Assembly (NCBI GenBank): GCA_964016885.1
Contig: OZ024743.1
Span: 123,132,001 to 123,196,000 of the forward strand
Source: Eledone cirrhosa
Taxonomy: Eukaryota
Length of the DNA: 64,000 nucleotides
Reading direction: 5' to 3'
Shown here: one piece after another, positions 30,149-43,460 of the stretch
Layout of the letters: every line of letters begins with the position of its first letter
How positions within the stretch are numbered: the stretch's first letter is position 1
Program-made: the position numbers and the translations under genes
Notes under the pieces: model-generated
Told to the model about the DNA's origin: nothing
The model's input: the letters and a program-made list of their open reading frames with translations, nothing else
Databases searched by the model: none

Positions 30149-30503
30149 TAGTAGAACACCGGAGGGTTACATCCGTAGTAGTAGAGCACTCAGTCCATGG
30201 GACGAGTTTGGTAGAAGTAGTTCCACAACAGTTAGTCCACCATACCCAGAACAAATGTTTCACCTTATTCGGATCCTCAGCTCGGTCTAAATGAAGTTAT
30301 ACGGAAAAGGAAAAACAATCCTACGAATATGCATGTGCAGAAACAGTCAAGTGACTGTCACGGAGATGTGACTGTTTCTGCACATGCGTATTCGTACGGT
30401 TGTTTCCTTTTCCGTACAACTTCATTTAGACCTTGCTGAGGATAAAAATAAGGTGAAACATTTGTTCTCGGTATGGTGATTTAACTGTTGTGTAACTACT
30501 TCT
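30149..30503. mobile_element. Family A fold-back with two hammerheads (30244-30286 minus, 30430-30472 plus)
   Basis: Minus: ACCGAG-CTGAGGA-tCC gaataa GGt-GAAA-CATTTG-TT-CTGGGT; arms inverted about ~30358. Confidence 0.8.
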
Positions 30504-30657
30504 ATATATATATATATACGTTTCATTTTTGCCATTTATCATTTACGGTGCGCCCGGCTGACTAACTCACTCGATATGCAAATTAGGCTGCTCAGCCGTT
30601 AATATGCATAAGGAAAGTATATACTTTCAGACGTTCAATCATCTGACAGGGAGGTAT

Positions 30658-30700
30658 ACGATGCTGACGATAGCTAATAAGCTTGAAACTAGTACATCGT
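30658..30700 (+). ncRNA. Intact minimal type-I hammerhead (family M)
   Basis: ACGATG-CTGACGA-tAGCT aata AGCTt-GAAA-CTAG-TA-CATCGT. Confidence 0.85.
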
Positions 30701-30979
30701 TCCTGTGTCAGTGTTGAACAAAAAGGCGACGATGGTTTCACAACACTGTACGGCGTAATTAGGGCTGTTTGTTAGTTTACAAACAAACCGAACATTATAA
30801 TAAATGTTCGGTAAACCCGTACGTACATATATATATATATGTGTCCATGTATGTACAGTATATATATACATATTACTGTACGTCTGTATACATATATGTA
30901 TGTACGTGTACCTACATACTTACACTTAAGTATCGGCAGTACTAAGAGTGAGAAATGAAATTTCGTTTCATTCTTTTCC

Positions 30980-31011
<32 letters not shown>

Positions 31012-31014
<3 letters not shown>

Positions 31015-31190
31015 CCAGTAAGACCCCGACGGCTGAGCTCAAGCCGTTTCGACGGCGAATTAGCCGTCGAAACGGCTTGACCTCAGCCGTCGGGGTCTTA
31101 CTGGTTCCTATTACCCACTCTACTACCCCAAGTATTGAGTACTTTGGTGCGTTAAGGTCCACCTGGTTCCTTACCACATTTCCTTCGTTA
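31012..31190 (+). mobile_element. PLE-type terminal repeat family G with 5' fold-back (HHR 3' half)
   Basis: 31012-31056 is inverted at 31063-31107; GAAA-CGGCT tga(g)ctc AGCCG-TC. Confidence 0.8.
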
Positions 31191-31249
31191 TATATATATA
31201 TATATAAACGTTATATATATATATATATAAACTAATAATTTAAAAAAAA

Positions 31250-31419
31250 ACGAAGTGTTATATCTTCATTACGTTTATTGAGGTGTGACGCCATTTCCCG
31301 ATTGATCAGCTCAAGGCTCGATCTGTATCGATCTGGCCCAACTCTGGAATCAAAAGCTCGCCGGACGTCTGTTATAGTAATGACAGAATTAACCCACAGT
31401 AACTGGACGTTACAATCCC

Positions 31420-31420
<1 letters not shown>
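31250..31420 (-). mobile_element. Family I terminal repeat with decayed long-stem-II hammerhead (31284-31367)
   Basis: Homologous to 48520-48670; core reads CCGGCGA. Confidence 0.7.
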
Positions 31421-31493
<73 letters not shown>

Positions 31494-31495
31494 GA

Positions 31496-31604
<109 letters not shown>

Positions 31605-32409
31605 TACATATATATATATACATATATTATCAAATAATTCTCTGGTCATGCTTTACTCTATAGTATTTTGCTCTGATTGTTTAATTTATTAATTCTTCAT
31701 TGAGCCACATCGTGAATAGTTGCCATAACACATATATACATGTGACTTTGTTTAATTGGTGTATGTGTAAATATTTATTTATATTTAATAATCTCCCGTA
31801 AGGTTGAGATACAATTTGGGCGATATTGGGTTGCGCTTTCTAGCAACCAACCCACTCGCCATAAGCAACCAATCACACCCTTCCTGACTTGACCACTGCC
31901 ACGTCACAGTTCGGAAAATAATCTGTCCTAGCGAGTTTGTCCCCTGTAGAGCTCTAAAACTCGAGATTTATCCCCAATAAGGTATCTCAAAAGTGAGCGA
32001 AATCCATGGGTCGGGATGTAGTGATTTAATCCTGGTATGTATATAAGCATTTCTAACTTTAATTTTAGCTAATCATGTATGGTTGCCCGCATATTTAATT
32101 AATTTCCACGTGCTGTTGAAATGTTGGGTAAATATTCTATAGCGGTTGGACGCGAAGACGCTGCTGTGGCGTATTTATTTACTGTTTCTTCAGAGGTGCC
32201 TTTTATTCTTATAGCCTGGTCTAATTGATTTTTGTGTGGTTAATTATGCTGATTGGGAGTAGAGATGAGATGATGTATATATATATTATCAAATAATTCT
32301 CTGGACATCCTTTACTCTATAGTATATATATATACATACAGAGTACGCGACCTCCCATGGGTATAAGCTGAAGCATATAGACAATATGCCCCCCCCCCCC
32401 CCCCGCAAG

Positions 32410-32628
32410 GTGGTCGTGGAGGTGCCACGGCAAAAAAGCACCCAGCCCACACTGTAAATAAGGTTGGTGTTAGGAAGAGCATCCAGCTGTAGAAATAAAG
32501 CCAAATCAGTTCCTGTATGAGCAAGGCATGGTCAGCCGACCAGACACTGCCCACAACAGGACAACCCGTCTAACCCCTGCTAGCGTGGAAGAACGGACGT
32601 AAAACGGTGATGATGATGATGATGATGA
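32410..32628 (+). mobile_element. SINE or RTE-derived 3' end with (GAT)n tail
   Basis: GGTTGGTGTTAGGAAGAGCATCCAGCTGTAGAAA...GGACGTAAAACGGT(GAT)n. Confidence 0.6.
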
Positions 32629-32643
32629 TAATATATATATATC

Positions 32644-32818
32644 TAAGGCGGGTAAAATTCCCGAGATCCTTGGACGAGTTCTCTCCAGAGGTCTCTGTCC
32701 CTCATTATCGCTGCCATATCCTGCCTCTCCAACAGACCAGTGTCTGTCCTTAGGGCATCAACATACGTTAACCTTGGTCTTCCTCTTCTAGTGTGTCCAT
32801 GTAGGGACTCCCAGATAT
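32644..32818 (-). mobile_element. RTE-clade LINE C-terminal coding remnant
   Basis: IWESLHGHTRRGRPRLTYVDALRTDTGLLERQDMAAIMRDRDLWRELV. Confidence 0.75.
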
Positions 32819-32935
32819 AATATTGTAGGCATATGTCTGTTTATTACGATTAAAGAAAATTCTTTAATATCTAACTCTTAGATATATCTGTTAACATTAC
32901 ATGACCTCACACATACATACAGTAGAGAGGAAATA

Positions 32936-32978
32936 TAATTGTTTCTACTTTTGGCACAAGGCCAGCAATTACCCAGTA
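32936..32978 (-). mobile_element. ~40-bp 3' tip of SINE family S with AGAGGAAATATAAT TSD
   Basis: 14-bp direct repeat on both sides. Confidence 0.8.
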
Positions 32979-33542
32979 CAGAGGAAATATAATACTACGT
33001 GATTCTATTTGTATAACTGTAGTAAATCAGTTCCACACAATTCTGGAGTCTATTTTCTAACAGACTACTGTTTTCTCGTGGAGTAGGTTAAGTCTCTTCT
33101 CTGTTTATTAATACTATTTCTGCAATATGATCCTATATCTTTTGTCGATATACTTCATCAGCTCTATAATTGTGTGTGGATAAGAACGTATTTCTTTGTG
33201 CAAGTAAGCACTTTATGTAGATATGAAATTATATGAAATCTAATTTTAAAATTATTAAATAACATATACTTCAGCGAGTTTAATAAAAGGCTTTCAATAT
33301 GGTAATATAATAATATTAATATTAATGTATTCATCTTATTAGTAATCGAAATTATTAATATCATTAAGCTAGAATTGTTCAAATCACGCATATGTGTGTG
33401 AGTGTGTATGTGTGAATGTATATTTATAGATATATATATATGCATATGCATATGTATATGCATATGTATATATATATATATATATGCATATGCATATGTA
33501 TATGCATATGTATATGTATATATATATATGCATATGCATATG

Positions 33543-33575
<33 letters not shown>

Positions 33576-34172
33576 ATATACATACGTACGTTCGTAAGTA
33601 CATACATATATTCATACATACATATATACATACGTACGTACGTATCTATGTATGTACGTTCGTAAGTAAATACATACATACGTACACACATACATACAAA
33701 CATACATACACACATACACACATACACACATACACACATACATACACACATATACATGCACACATACACACATACACACATACATACGTACGTACGTACA
33801 TAAGTGCATACATACATTCATACATTCATACCTACATACATACCTACATACATACACGCATACGCACATACATACATATGTAAGTACATACATACGTACG
33901 TACATACATATGAATATTGCAACATAGGCTGGAACATGTAATTGATAGGATAGTAAAAGAAAGAAAAATCGGTGCGATCGACAAGTGGCACCTGCTATAG
34001 TTCTTTACATTTTCCTTTCTTTCTGCATTCATTTCATCAAATAATTGTTCTCATGTATTCATAGAATTGTTTGGTTTTAACTTGAACTAAGAAAAGCACG
34101 TATGAAATATATCATTAGTTTACGTAAATATTATTATGTTTATCTATCTATCTATCTATCTCTCTATCTATA

Positions 34173-34262
<90 letters not shown>

Positions 34263-34275
34263 ACTAACTGTCTAC

Positions 34276-34942
34276 CTAAAAAAGATCTGTCCGAGGTGCG
34301 TGCGTAACGAAGAAACCGTCGCGCACGCATTCATACACTGCCCGGGCGTCACCGACCTGTGGGGCTATGTAGAACGACTATTGTCGCGGGTGGGACCAAT
34401 CCGGTTGACCACCGAGTCCATTGTCATGATCAAACCGCCACCCTCCTTCAAAAACGAAGGAGAGGCGGTTTTCCTTTGTGTGATAGCTATGGCGAAAGAG
34501 GTTGTATGGTGGACAAGGTTGAAAGGGCTGAGGTCAGACACCTTTCTCTCCGGCCAACAACTGATTCTTTTTTTCAAATACCACTTTGGAAGAAGAATCA
34601 GGATGGAGAGAGAGGTGTTGTACCCCAGCAAGTTTTATGAAAGGTGGGTGAAAGTGGCGAGAATGGCCCGAGTGAATGGGCCTTCTCTCTATATCAGCCT
34701 GTAGGTTGAGGAAAAAGACGAGGAGAGGAAAGGAGTACAAACTCTTCGTACTCCTGGAGATGAGAGTTGCACATTTTTTCGGGAGTATGTGTTACCCATA
34801 TGAAGTGTCTCCCCCTATTGGGGAAAATCGACTAATTTTTTAAATTGCTTTTGTGATAACAATTTACACGTTTTTATTGTATGTAAACTTCCCCCTTTGT
34901 ATTTGTCCCCTTCTTTTGTGCCCCTGTGGCTAATAAAGAAAC
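34276..34942 (+). mobile_element. Tx1-clade LINE, 5'-truncated, inside (TATC)n
   Basis: KKICPRC..ETVAHAFIHC..MAKEVVWWTRLKG; 3' end AATAAAGAAACA(TATC)n. Confidence 0.9.
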
Positions 34943-34943
34943 A

Positions 34944-34977
<34 letters not shown>

Positions 34978-34978
34978 A

Positions 34979-36651
34979 CCGGGATTGCGGAAAGCGGTGT
35001 CGGCCTACGCCGATGACGTGACAGTAATGGTGTCGACGGCCTCCGAAATCGAGGCGGTCGGCACCTTACTGGAGGAGTACGAAAAGTTCACAGGGGCTAA
35101 GCTGAACCGGGACAAGTCGATCGGTTTGCAACTCGGCACGTGGAGGGGCAGACCGATGCCCTCCGATGGCGTCGTCGGACGCTGGACGGAGGGCCCGGTG
35201 AAGTTGCTCGGGGTCTGGTTCGGACCGGACCTCCAGGTGGAGAAAAACTGGGCGGAGGTTACGAACAGGGTGTTTGCACTGACCCAGAAGTGGGCCAGTT
35301 GCAAACTATCCCTGAAAGGTCGGGCGGAGGTGGCGAACACCTACATAGCGTCCGTCATCTACTACCGCCTGACCGTAGTGCCCTGCCCAAGGGAAACGCT
35401 CACCAAGATGGAGCGCGCGCTCTTCCAATTCCTTTGGAAGAGGCGGGCTCCTATGGTGAGGAGATCCATCTGCTGTCAACACCCTTCGAAAGGAGGGCTG
35501 GGGATGCCGTGGCTAATGATGCGTAAACACGCATTAAGGCTACGGCACCTCTACGTATTCCTCACCGGACAACCGGTGTGGGCCTCGTTTGTGAGACGAA
35601 CCTTTCCCAGACTCGTCTCACTCACCGAGCTGCAATCCTGGGTCAAGCAAAGACCGAGAAAACTGGGCGCCTGGCACACTGAGTGTGCCCAGGCGCTCAC
35701 CGCCCTCTGGCAGGCGGATCCGGTTATCAGTGGAGACTCCACCGCAACATTCTATAGAGGGCTGGTGCGCAGCAGGTGCGACGACGCCCTCGGAGAAGCC
35801 CTAGACATGGAGGAGGACGAACTGGCCAGCCTGTTCGGTAGGACATTCAGCCCGGGACCTATGGACAACTTCCAGAAGTCCCTGGCCTGGCAGTGCTACC
35901 GAGGGGCTTTACCCGTTCGAGAAAGGCTCTACAGACACGGGCGCCCGGGTAGGGACCCCGCCAAAAAGATCTGTCCCAGATGCGTGTGCGACGAGGAAAC
36001 CGTTGCACACGCATTAGTACACTGCTCGGGCGTAGCCGATCTGTGGGGCTATGTCGAACAACTGCTGTCAAGGGTGGGACCGATCCGGTTGACCACCGAG
36101 TCTATTGTAATGATCAAGCCGCCTCCCCCCTTCAAAGATGAAGCAGAGGCGGTGTTTCTGTGCGTAATAGCCATGGCGAAAGAGGTTGTATGGTGGACGC
36201 GTCTGAAAGGACTGAGGTCGGGCACCTTTCTCTCTGGCCAACAACTGGTCCGTTTCTTCCGATATCATTTCGGAAGAAGGATCAGGATGGAGAGAGAGGT
36301 GCTGCACCCCAGTCGTTTCTATGAAAGATGGGTGAAAGTGGCGAGAATGGCCCGTGTGAATGGGCCTTCACTCTACATCAGACTATAGGTGAGGAAGATG
36401 AAAGACCAAGGGAGCACCCCTTCTCTGTGCTCCTGAGGAGAAGGGTTGCACACCTTTTTCGGGGGTGTGTGCGACCCCCCAAGGCGCCTCCTCTCTATTG
36501 AGGATTTTGTTAAAAATTTATTTTTTGTTATATCTTATTTTATTTTTATATTTTGTTATTGCCTCCTCCTTATTGAGGACGCCTTTTTGTGTAAACTCCC
36601 CCCTTTGTACTTGTCCCACTTTTGATGCCCTAGTGGCAAATAAAAGAAATA
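34979..36651 (+). mobile_element. Tx1-clade LINE ORF2 (RT YADD through zf-RVT, 467 aa open) plus 3'UTR, inside (TATC)n
   Basis: SAYADDVTV, KLNRDKS, LLGVWF, LSLKGRAEV, KGGLGMP, CPRC..ETVAHALVHC. Confidence 0.93.
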
Positions 36652-36942
36652 TATCTATCTATCTATCTATATATCTATCTATCTACCTATCACTCTACTT
36701 ATCTATCTATCTATCTATATATCTATCTATCTATCTACCTATCACTCTACTTATCTATCTATCTATCTATCTATATATCTATCTATCTACCTATCACTCT
36801 ACTTATCTACCTATCACTCTACTTATCTATCTATCTATCTATCCCACCTATCACTCTACTTATCTATCTATCTATATATCTATCTTACCTATCACTCTAC
36901 TTATCTATCTATCTATATATATATCTATCTATCTATATATCT

Positions 36943-37051
36943 ATCTTTATATTTTGTTATTGCCTCCTCCTTATTGAGGACGCCTTTTTGTGTAAACTCC
37001 CCCCTTTGTACTTGTCCCACTTTTGATGCCCTAGTGGCAAATAAAAGAAAC
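36943..37051 (+). mobile_element. Duplicate Tx1 3'UTR tip inside (TATC)n
   Basis: Matches 36546-36649. Confidence 0.85.
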
Positions 37052-37211
37052 TTATCTATCTATCTAACTAACTGTCTACCTATCTAACTAACTGTCTACC
37101 TACCTATTTAACTGTTTGTCTATCTATATATCTAACACCCCTCTATCTCCCTTCCTTTCTCTCTCTTCCCGCCCTCTCCCTCTCTCTCTCTCTATATATT
37201 ATATATATTTC

Positions 37212-37280
<69 letters not shown>

Positions 37281-37675
37281 CATATAAATATATATAAGTA
37301 TATATATGTATGTATATATATATATGTATATATGTATAAGTTAATATACATATATATTTCTATGTGAATAATCTTTTATATAGATTCATAATTAAATGAA
37401 ACTCTGACTAAACTTATCTATATACAGGTGAGAGATATTCATTTTAAATTAAATATTTAAATTATGCAAAATATCTGCATCTGCATTAACAATGCACATG
37501 GTATACAAAAGTAGAATGCATTATATTACAAAATATTTTACATCGCTGTACTACTTAAAGATACACATTTAAACAATTATATATATTACAATATATTACA
37601 ATACAACTTAACTGTATTATATAAATCTGTTAGTGAATTACTGTTCACACTGGAGAGATTGTTTAACATCTGAAC

Positions 37676-37729
<54 letters not shown>

Positions 37730-37823
37730 ATATATATCAACTAGAAATTGATTGACATATATATATATAAAATAAACATATGAAACAATCACAGGGAATA
37801 AGTTTCCCTGTGATTATCACATG

Positions 37824-38012
37824 GCGGTGATTTGGCAGTATCGGTAGAAGGTCGGACGCCATGCTTTCCAGCATAGTTACGTCCCTTTACGATCTGAGTT
37901 CAAATCCTGTCGAGGTTAACTTTGCCTTTCATCTTTACGGGGTCGATAAAATAAAGTACCAGTAATGCACTGGGTAATTGCTGGCCTTGTGCCAAACGTA
38001 GAAACAATTATT
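37824..38012 (+). mobile_element. Full-length SINE family S
   Basis: GGCGGTGATTTGGCAGTATCGG...GAGTTCAAATCC...AGAAACAATTATT. Confidence 0.9.
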
Positions 38013-38021
38013 TCATATGTT

Positions 38022-38058
<37 letters not shown>

Positions 38059-38100
38059 ATGATATTAAATAAATGGAAACTATATTTATAAAACCATATT

Positions 38101-38164
38101 TATTTTATTATATATATTTCAAGGGTACCAAGACAACATTGGTACGCTTTCATCAGATAAAATA
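38101..38164 (-). ncRNA. Type-I hammerhead (family H)
   Basis: TATTTTAT-CTGATGA-AAGcGTACC..GGTACcCTT-GAAA-TATATA-TA-ATAAAATA. Confidence 0.85.
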
Positions 38165-38363
38165 CAAAGTTTGTTTTATAAATAGAGACGTACCGATGAA
38201 AATCATACTTTATCGGTTGGTCATACATTATCTGTTAATCATACCTTCCCTGGATAATCAATTAATATCATTGAATATTTACTCCAGTAAACCGTTGAGT
38301 GCTCTAAATCAGTTATAAACATTTATATTTGGCGGACTTCCAACAAATTAAATACCCCTTCCA

Positions 38364-38423
<60 letters not shown>

Positions 38424-38533
38424 AATCAATTTCTAGTTGATATAAATGCTCGGATCTATTCATTGGAATTTTGAGCATATTCTACAGTGGATATGGCGCA
38501 TGTCTCTCAGACATGACACCCTTAATTTTATTT

Positions 38534-38642
<109 letters not shown>

Positions 38643-38697
38643 GTATGTATATATGCATGTATATATATGTGTGTATATATAGGTCTATAGATAGACA

Positions 38698-39311
38698 TTT
38701 GTCAGGTCACCAGTTGGTGCTACTGGTAACATGTATCCCAGTACAACCTGACCCATGGTCGGGTCGTTGGCGACTAAACTGGCAACCCCACCAAGGTTTC
38801 TTGGTGAGGAGGGTGACTTTGGATATCCTGCAGGACTAAAAACAAGACCTGTCAAAGGGCAAAGGAGCTCTTAAGAGTCAATGGCCATCCAAAATCACCG
38901 GGAGAGATGACCCTTTAGCCTTTGTCAAGGCAGAATTCTAGGAGAAGGAAAACTCTGATATAACACCTGCAACCCTGATGGTATCCAATGATGTTGACTT
39001 GTTCTTCTTTTTGGTAAATATCATCTTGGTTAAGAGAGTGGGACTGGCTTTGTGCAGTGCCTTTGCTCACTATAAAAGCTTCACGGCACAGGCATTGCTT
39101 TATATCTGGAGATCTCTCTGCACTTGTCGTCACAGGGTACCATGGGCCCAGCACTATGTGTCAATATTTGTCACAAGTGTAGTGTTTGTACCAGAGTTTT
39201 CAAGTCGCTGGCTGGACTAAAAAGTCACACTTGTTCAGCGCATCGGTAGGGGTTCTCCTACATGGATATAAAGTAGTGGCCGTACTCGAAAACGAGTTGG
39301 CAGCCACCATA
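38698..39311 (+). mobile_element. Non-autonomous RTE-like element (5'UTR-like head plus 3' tail, no ORF)
   Basis: Contains CTAGGAGAAGGAAAACTCTGA (RTE 5'UTR-like, from memory); second copy at 27812-28147. Confidence 0.6.
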
Positions 39312-39395
39312 GATAGACATATATATAGATAGACAGATACACACACACACATATATATCTATGCATATAGATATATATGTATATACATATATATG

Positions 39396-39469
<74 letters not shown>

Positions 39470-40503
39470 CATATATATATATATGTGTGTGTGTGTTTCT
39501 ATATATATATATATATATATAATTGGCACGCTTTATAATGTATGTGTTAGAGTTGACTCTTCTTTAAAACTAAAAACTTCGACTTGAGAACTTGTTACTA
39601 CGCAGAATGTATTCTCCATCGTTATGTAGGGTTCCAACGTGTACTCAAATGTTTGTCTTCTTCACGAAGTCGTTACATAGTTACACTTGACTTTGTTTTA
39701 AATATAAACAAATAAATATAAATAGTTTCTCAAAATCTTAACTGGGCTAAGGCTGTTGGGTCTTTCGTTCAACAAATATATAGAGCTGACAAACATTAAT
39801 GTATAAACCATATAATTTGCTAAATGTGCATGGAAAAATGTTACATAATTTTCATAGTAGTAAATGTAAGGCTCATTCGTTCTTCGTTCTTTGCATTAGA
39901 TGTGAAATGGATTACTGAAATATTCGACTTAATTGATAATGAATAGTTGTTCATTTATAGTAAAATATATAGTCATTTCTATTTTCAAGATACTTAATGA
40001 CAACAAATTTTGAACCATTGAGAACTGCTATTATTTTGCATGCTAATCTAGTATCATAAACAATTAATTGCAATTTTTAGCTGTTATTTAGTTCATTCAC
40101 CGTGTTAGCAAATATCTAAATTTTCCAAATATTGGTTGGTAGTGTTCATTTAGAATTGTAATATGATTAAAATTCGAAATCTTTATATCTCATTTTCGGC
40201 GTTTGAGTAGTCAGCAAAATATTGTTTAAAATAAACAATGAATTAGTTGGTGAAAGATTTCATACTGACATTATAAAATCAAAGACTAAAAGATAGAGAT
40301 GTGATTATGCATGCATGGTCAACGATACAATGATGTAATGTATAAAAAAAATTATGTATGATTTTCAGCAATCCAACTAACATCCAACAGCAGGTAGAAT
40401 GTTCCAATAAGCAACACTGAAATATTGATTTTTATTGTACAATTGATGACGTGAACAAATATTTCATGACTGACTATATTATGCTAGTTTAAAGGTGATG
40501 TAA

Positions 40504-40539
<36 letters not shown>

Positions 40540-40541
40540 TA

Positions 40542-40730
40542 TATAGGAACGAGTAGGACCCCGACGGCTGAGCTCAAGCCGTTTCTGGCGTGCAGAATTA
40601 GCCGTCGAAACGGCTTGAGCTCAGCCGTCGGGGTCCTACTCGTTCCTATTACCCACTCTACTACCCTAAGTATTGAGTACTTAGATGCGTTATGGTCCAT
40701 CTGGTTCCTTACCACATTTCCTTCGTTATA
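40542..40730 (+). mobile_element. Family G with 5' fold-back
   Basis: 40542-40585 is inverted at 40607-40650. Confidence 0.8.
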
Positions 40731-40844
40731 TATATATATATAAGCTTGGAATCCAGTCCACGCATCGCTATTTCCATTCCACTGAATTATTTTTTAATAA
40801 GTTTCCAGTGTCCTCGCTATGCCTGGAGACCTATACGGAAAAAG

Positions 40845-40927
40845 ACTTTCCTGATGACGGAATGATTTTCGATAAGTTTCTTCGGAAAATATATTTACTC
40901 CATTCCAGAAACTAATTAGTTGGAAGT
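40845..40927 (+). ncRNA. Type-I hammerhead with extended stem II (family J)
   Basis: ACTTTC-CTGATGA-cGGAATG[36 nt]CATTCCa-GAAA-CTAATTAG-TT-GGAAGT. Confidence 0.8.
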
Positions 40928-40972
40928 GATTTTTTAGTAAGTAAGTTAATTTTATAATTTTCTTATTTTACG

Positions 40973-40978
<6 letters not shown>

Positions 40979-41022
<44 letters not shown>

Positions 41023-41526
41023 TAATATATACATATATATACATAAATATATATATGTATACATAAATATATATATATATACATAAATATATATATATAT
41101 ATACATAAATATATATATATATACATAAATATATATATACATAAATATATATATATATACATAAATATATATATATATACATAAATATATATATATATAT
41201 ACATAAATATATATATATATAAATATATATATATATACATAAATATATATATATATACATAAATATATATATATATACATAAATATATATATATATACAT
41301 AAATATACATATACATAAATATATATATATATACATAAATATATATATACATAAATATATATATATATACATAAATATATATATATAAATATATATATAT
41401 ATACATAAATATATATATATATACATAAATATATATATATATACATAAATATATATATATATACATAAATATATATATATATATACATAAATATATATAT
41501 ATATACATAAATATACATATATATAC

Positions 41527-41618
<92 letters not shown>
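40979..41618. repeat. Compound (TA)n / CATAAA(TA)n array
   Basis: Repeating ACATAAAT(AT)n units. Confidence 0.95.
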
Positions 41619-42095
41619 TTAATGTTATTGCTATTCTGGGGATTTTTATTTTATTTGTTACTCTTATCCATGATTTCATATCAAGGAAAGTTCCTAACAA
41701 CAATATCGTAGAAATCCCACTCTAGAAGAAGAAAACAGTGTATCAATATAATACATCAATTTAAATGGCGAGCAATCTTAAATGTGGCGTGGTGCATGTG
41801 GAGTAATGGATAGGAGTAAAATCCTGCACGACTTTCAAAAACTATTCCAAAAATTATTTATTTACGTAGTTAATGACCTTGGGAAAGCTATGAACGCCAT
41901 ATATTTCCTACTTCACTATAATACACTTGCGGTTTTCTGCCTGTACCAAGAATCAAAATATTTTCAGTTTTCATTTATTAATATATTTTTAATAGAAACT
42001 TGTTTCTTCAAATATTTTACTTTTACTTTTATATTTTCATTTATTTATTTATTTTGTTGTGGTTTCTAAAATGAATTTAGAACTGATGACAAGTT

Positions 42096-42436
42096 AATAA
42101 TTGTTTCTACTTTTGGCACAAGGCCAGCCATTATCCCAGTGCATTACTGGTCCTTTATTTTATCGATCCCGATAAAAGGCAAAGTTAACCTTGGTGGGAT
42201 TTGAACTCAGACCGTAAAGAGGCGTAACTCTATGCTAAAAAGTTAACAATGGTTTCTTATATAGGCACAAGGCCAGCAATTTGGGGGAAGGGGAAAGTCG
42301 GTTAAATTGACCCCAGTGCATGACTCCATAAGGATGAAAGGTAAAGTTAACCTCGGCGAGATTTGAACTCAGATCATAAAGGGCCGTAACTCTATGCTAC
42401 AAAGCATGGCGTCAGACCCTCTACTAATACTGCCAA
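42096..42436 (-). mobile_element. Two adjacent SINE family S copies
   Basis: 42096-42240 and 42246-42436. Confidence 0.85.
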
Positions 42437-43429
42437 TGGTTATATTTTCGGTGTCATTTTACTTATTTTGAAAATTGGATTAAATACGTTTTAGATGTAA
42501 GTTTGAGTTAGTAGCCATTGTGAAATGTAGGCATTACTTGCTTTAATGATTACATCTTCTTATGATCTCTTTCAGAAAGAAGTACACGAATTCTAAGAAC
42601 AGAAGTTCACAAATCCCAAGCATTTGGGGTATCTATAGTCAATTTGTTCCAGGTACTCTGTAGTAGTGGCTCTTTATCGAGATTATCAGTAGCTATAATG
42701 ACATTACTTCTCATATCAAGGTATTCGTATATTAAATATATGGGTTTCTGTAGATAATGCATACAATTGAATACTGAAACAAACCTGTCTAAATTTCTGA
42801 AACGTTTAAAGGAAAACGGGCATTCTGATGAGCTAGCATTTCAATGAATAACAGGCTACTTTACTTAAATAATACTTAATGTAATGAGCTAAAAATGATC
42901 CAACTAAAGAACAACTTTATCAGTGATGAGGAGAATGTATCATTACCTAAATGATCGATTATCGCCACGAAAAATTCATTAAGAGTTAATTTCTCAAGTT
43001 CATTTAGGTACTTAGGCAAGAACAATTTGGTTAATGTTTGCATACAAAATATAACTATGGCTTCAGTATATTTATCCTTCATAGTGCAGTGCAATTTGAG
43101 CCTACAGATCAATGCATATTTTACATATAGACTATGTATATTTTGGTCCAGAATATCTTTCATAATTCACACAAAAGTTAATTCTTAATTTCTATATATT
43201 CCCTCCCCTTTTCTTTGTGAGTCGCTAAAAATTACCATTAGGTTTTTGTTTCCTTTCCACAGCTCAGGTAGAAATTGCATTGAGAATTGTTTGCGCATGG
43301 CATTCAGTACATTACTTTTAAATTATGCAAATTCATATAATTAGCATATTTGAGATATTCCATTAGTTATGCATACATACGTACGTACATATATACATAC
43401 ATACATACATACATACATACATACATACA

Positions 43430-43460
<31 letters not shown>

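Noticed and set aside
42825-42860. Isolated CTGANGA hits (also 13248, 18255, 33155 minus, 50333 minus, 59358, 62324)
   Set aside because: No correctly placed stem II, GAAA, UH and stem I
42876-43163. 95-aa non-repetitive ORF
   Set aside because: No recognisable domain or splice support
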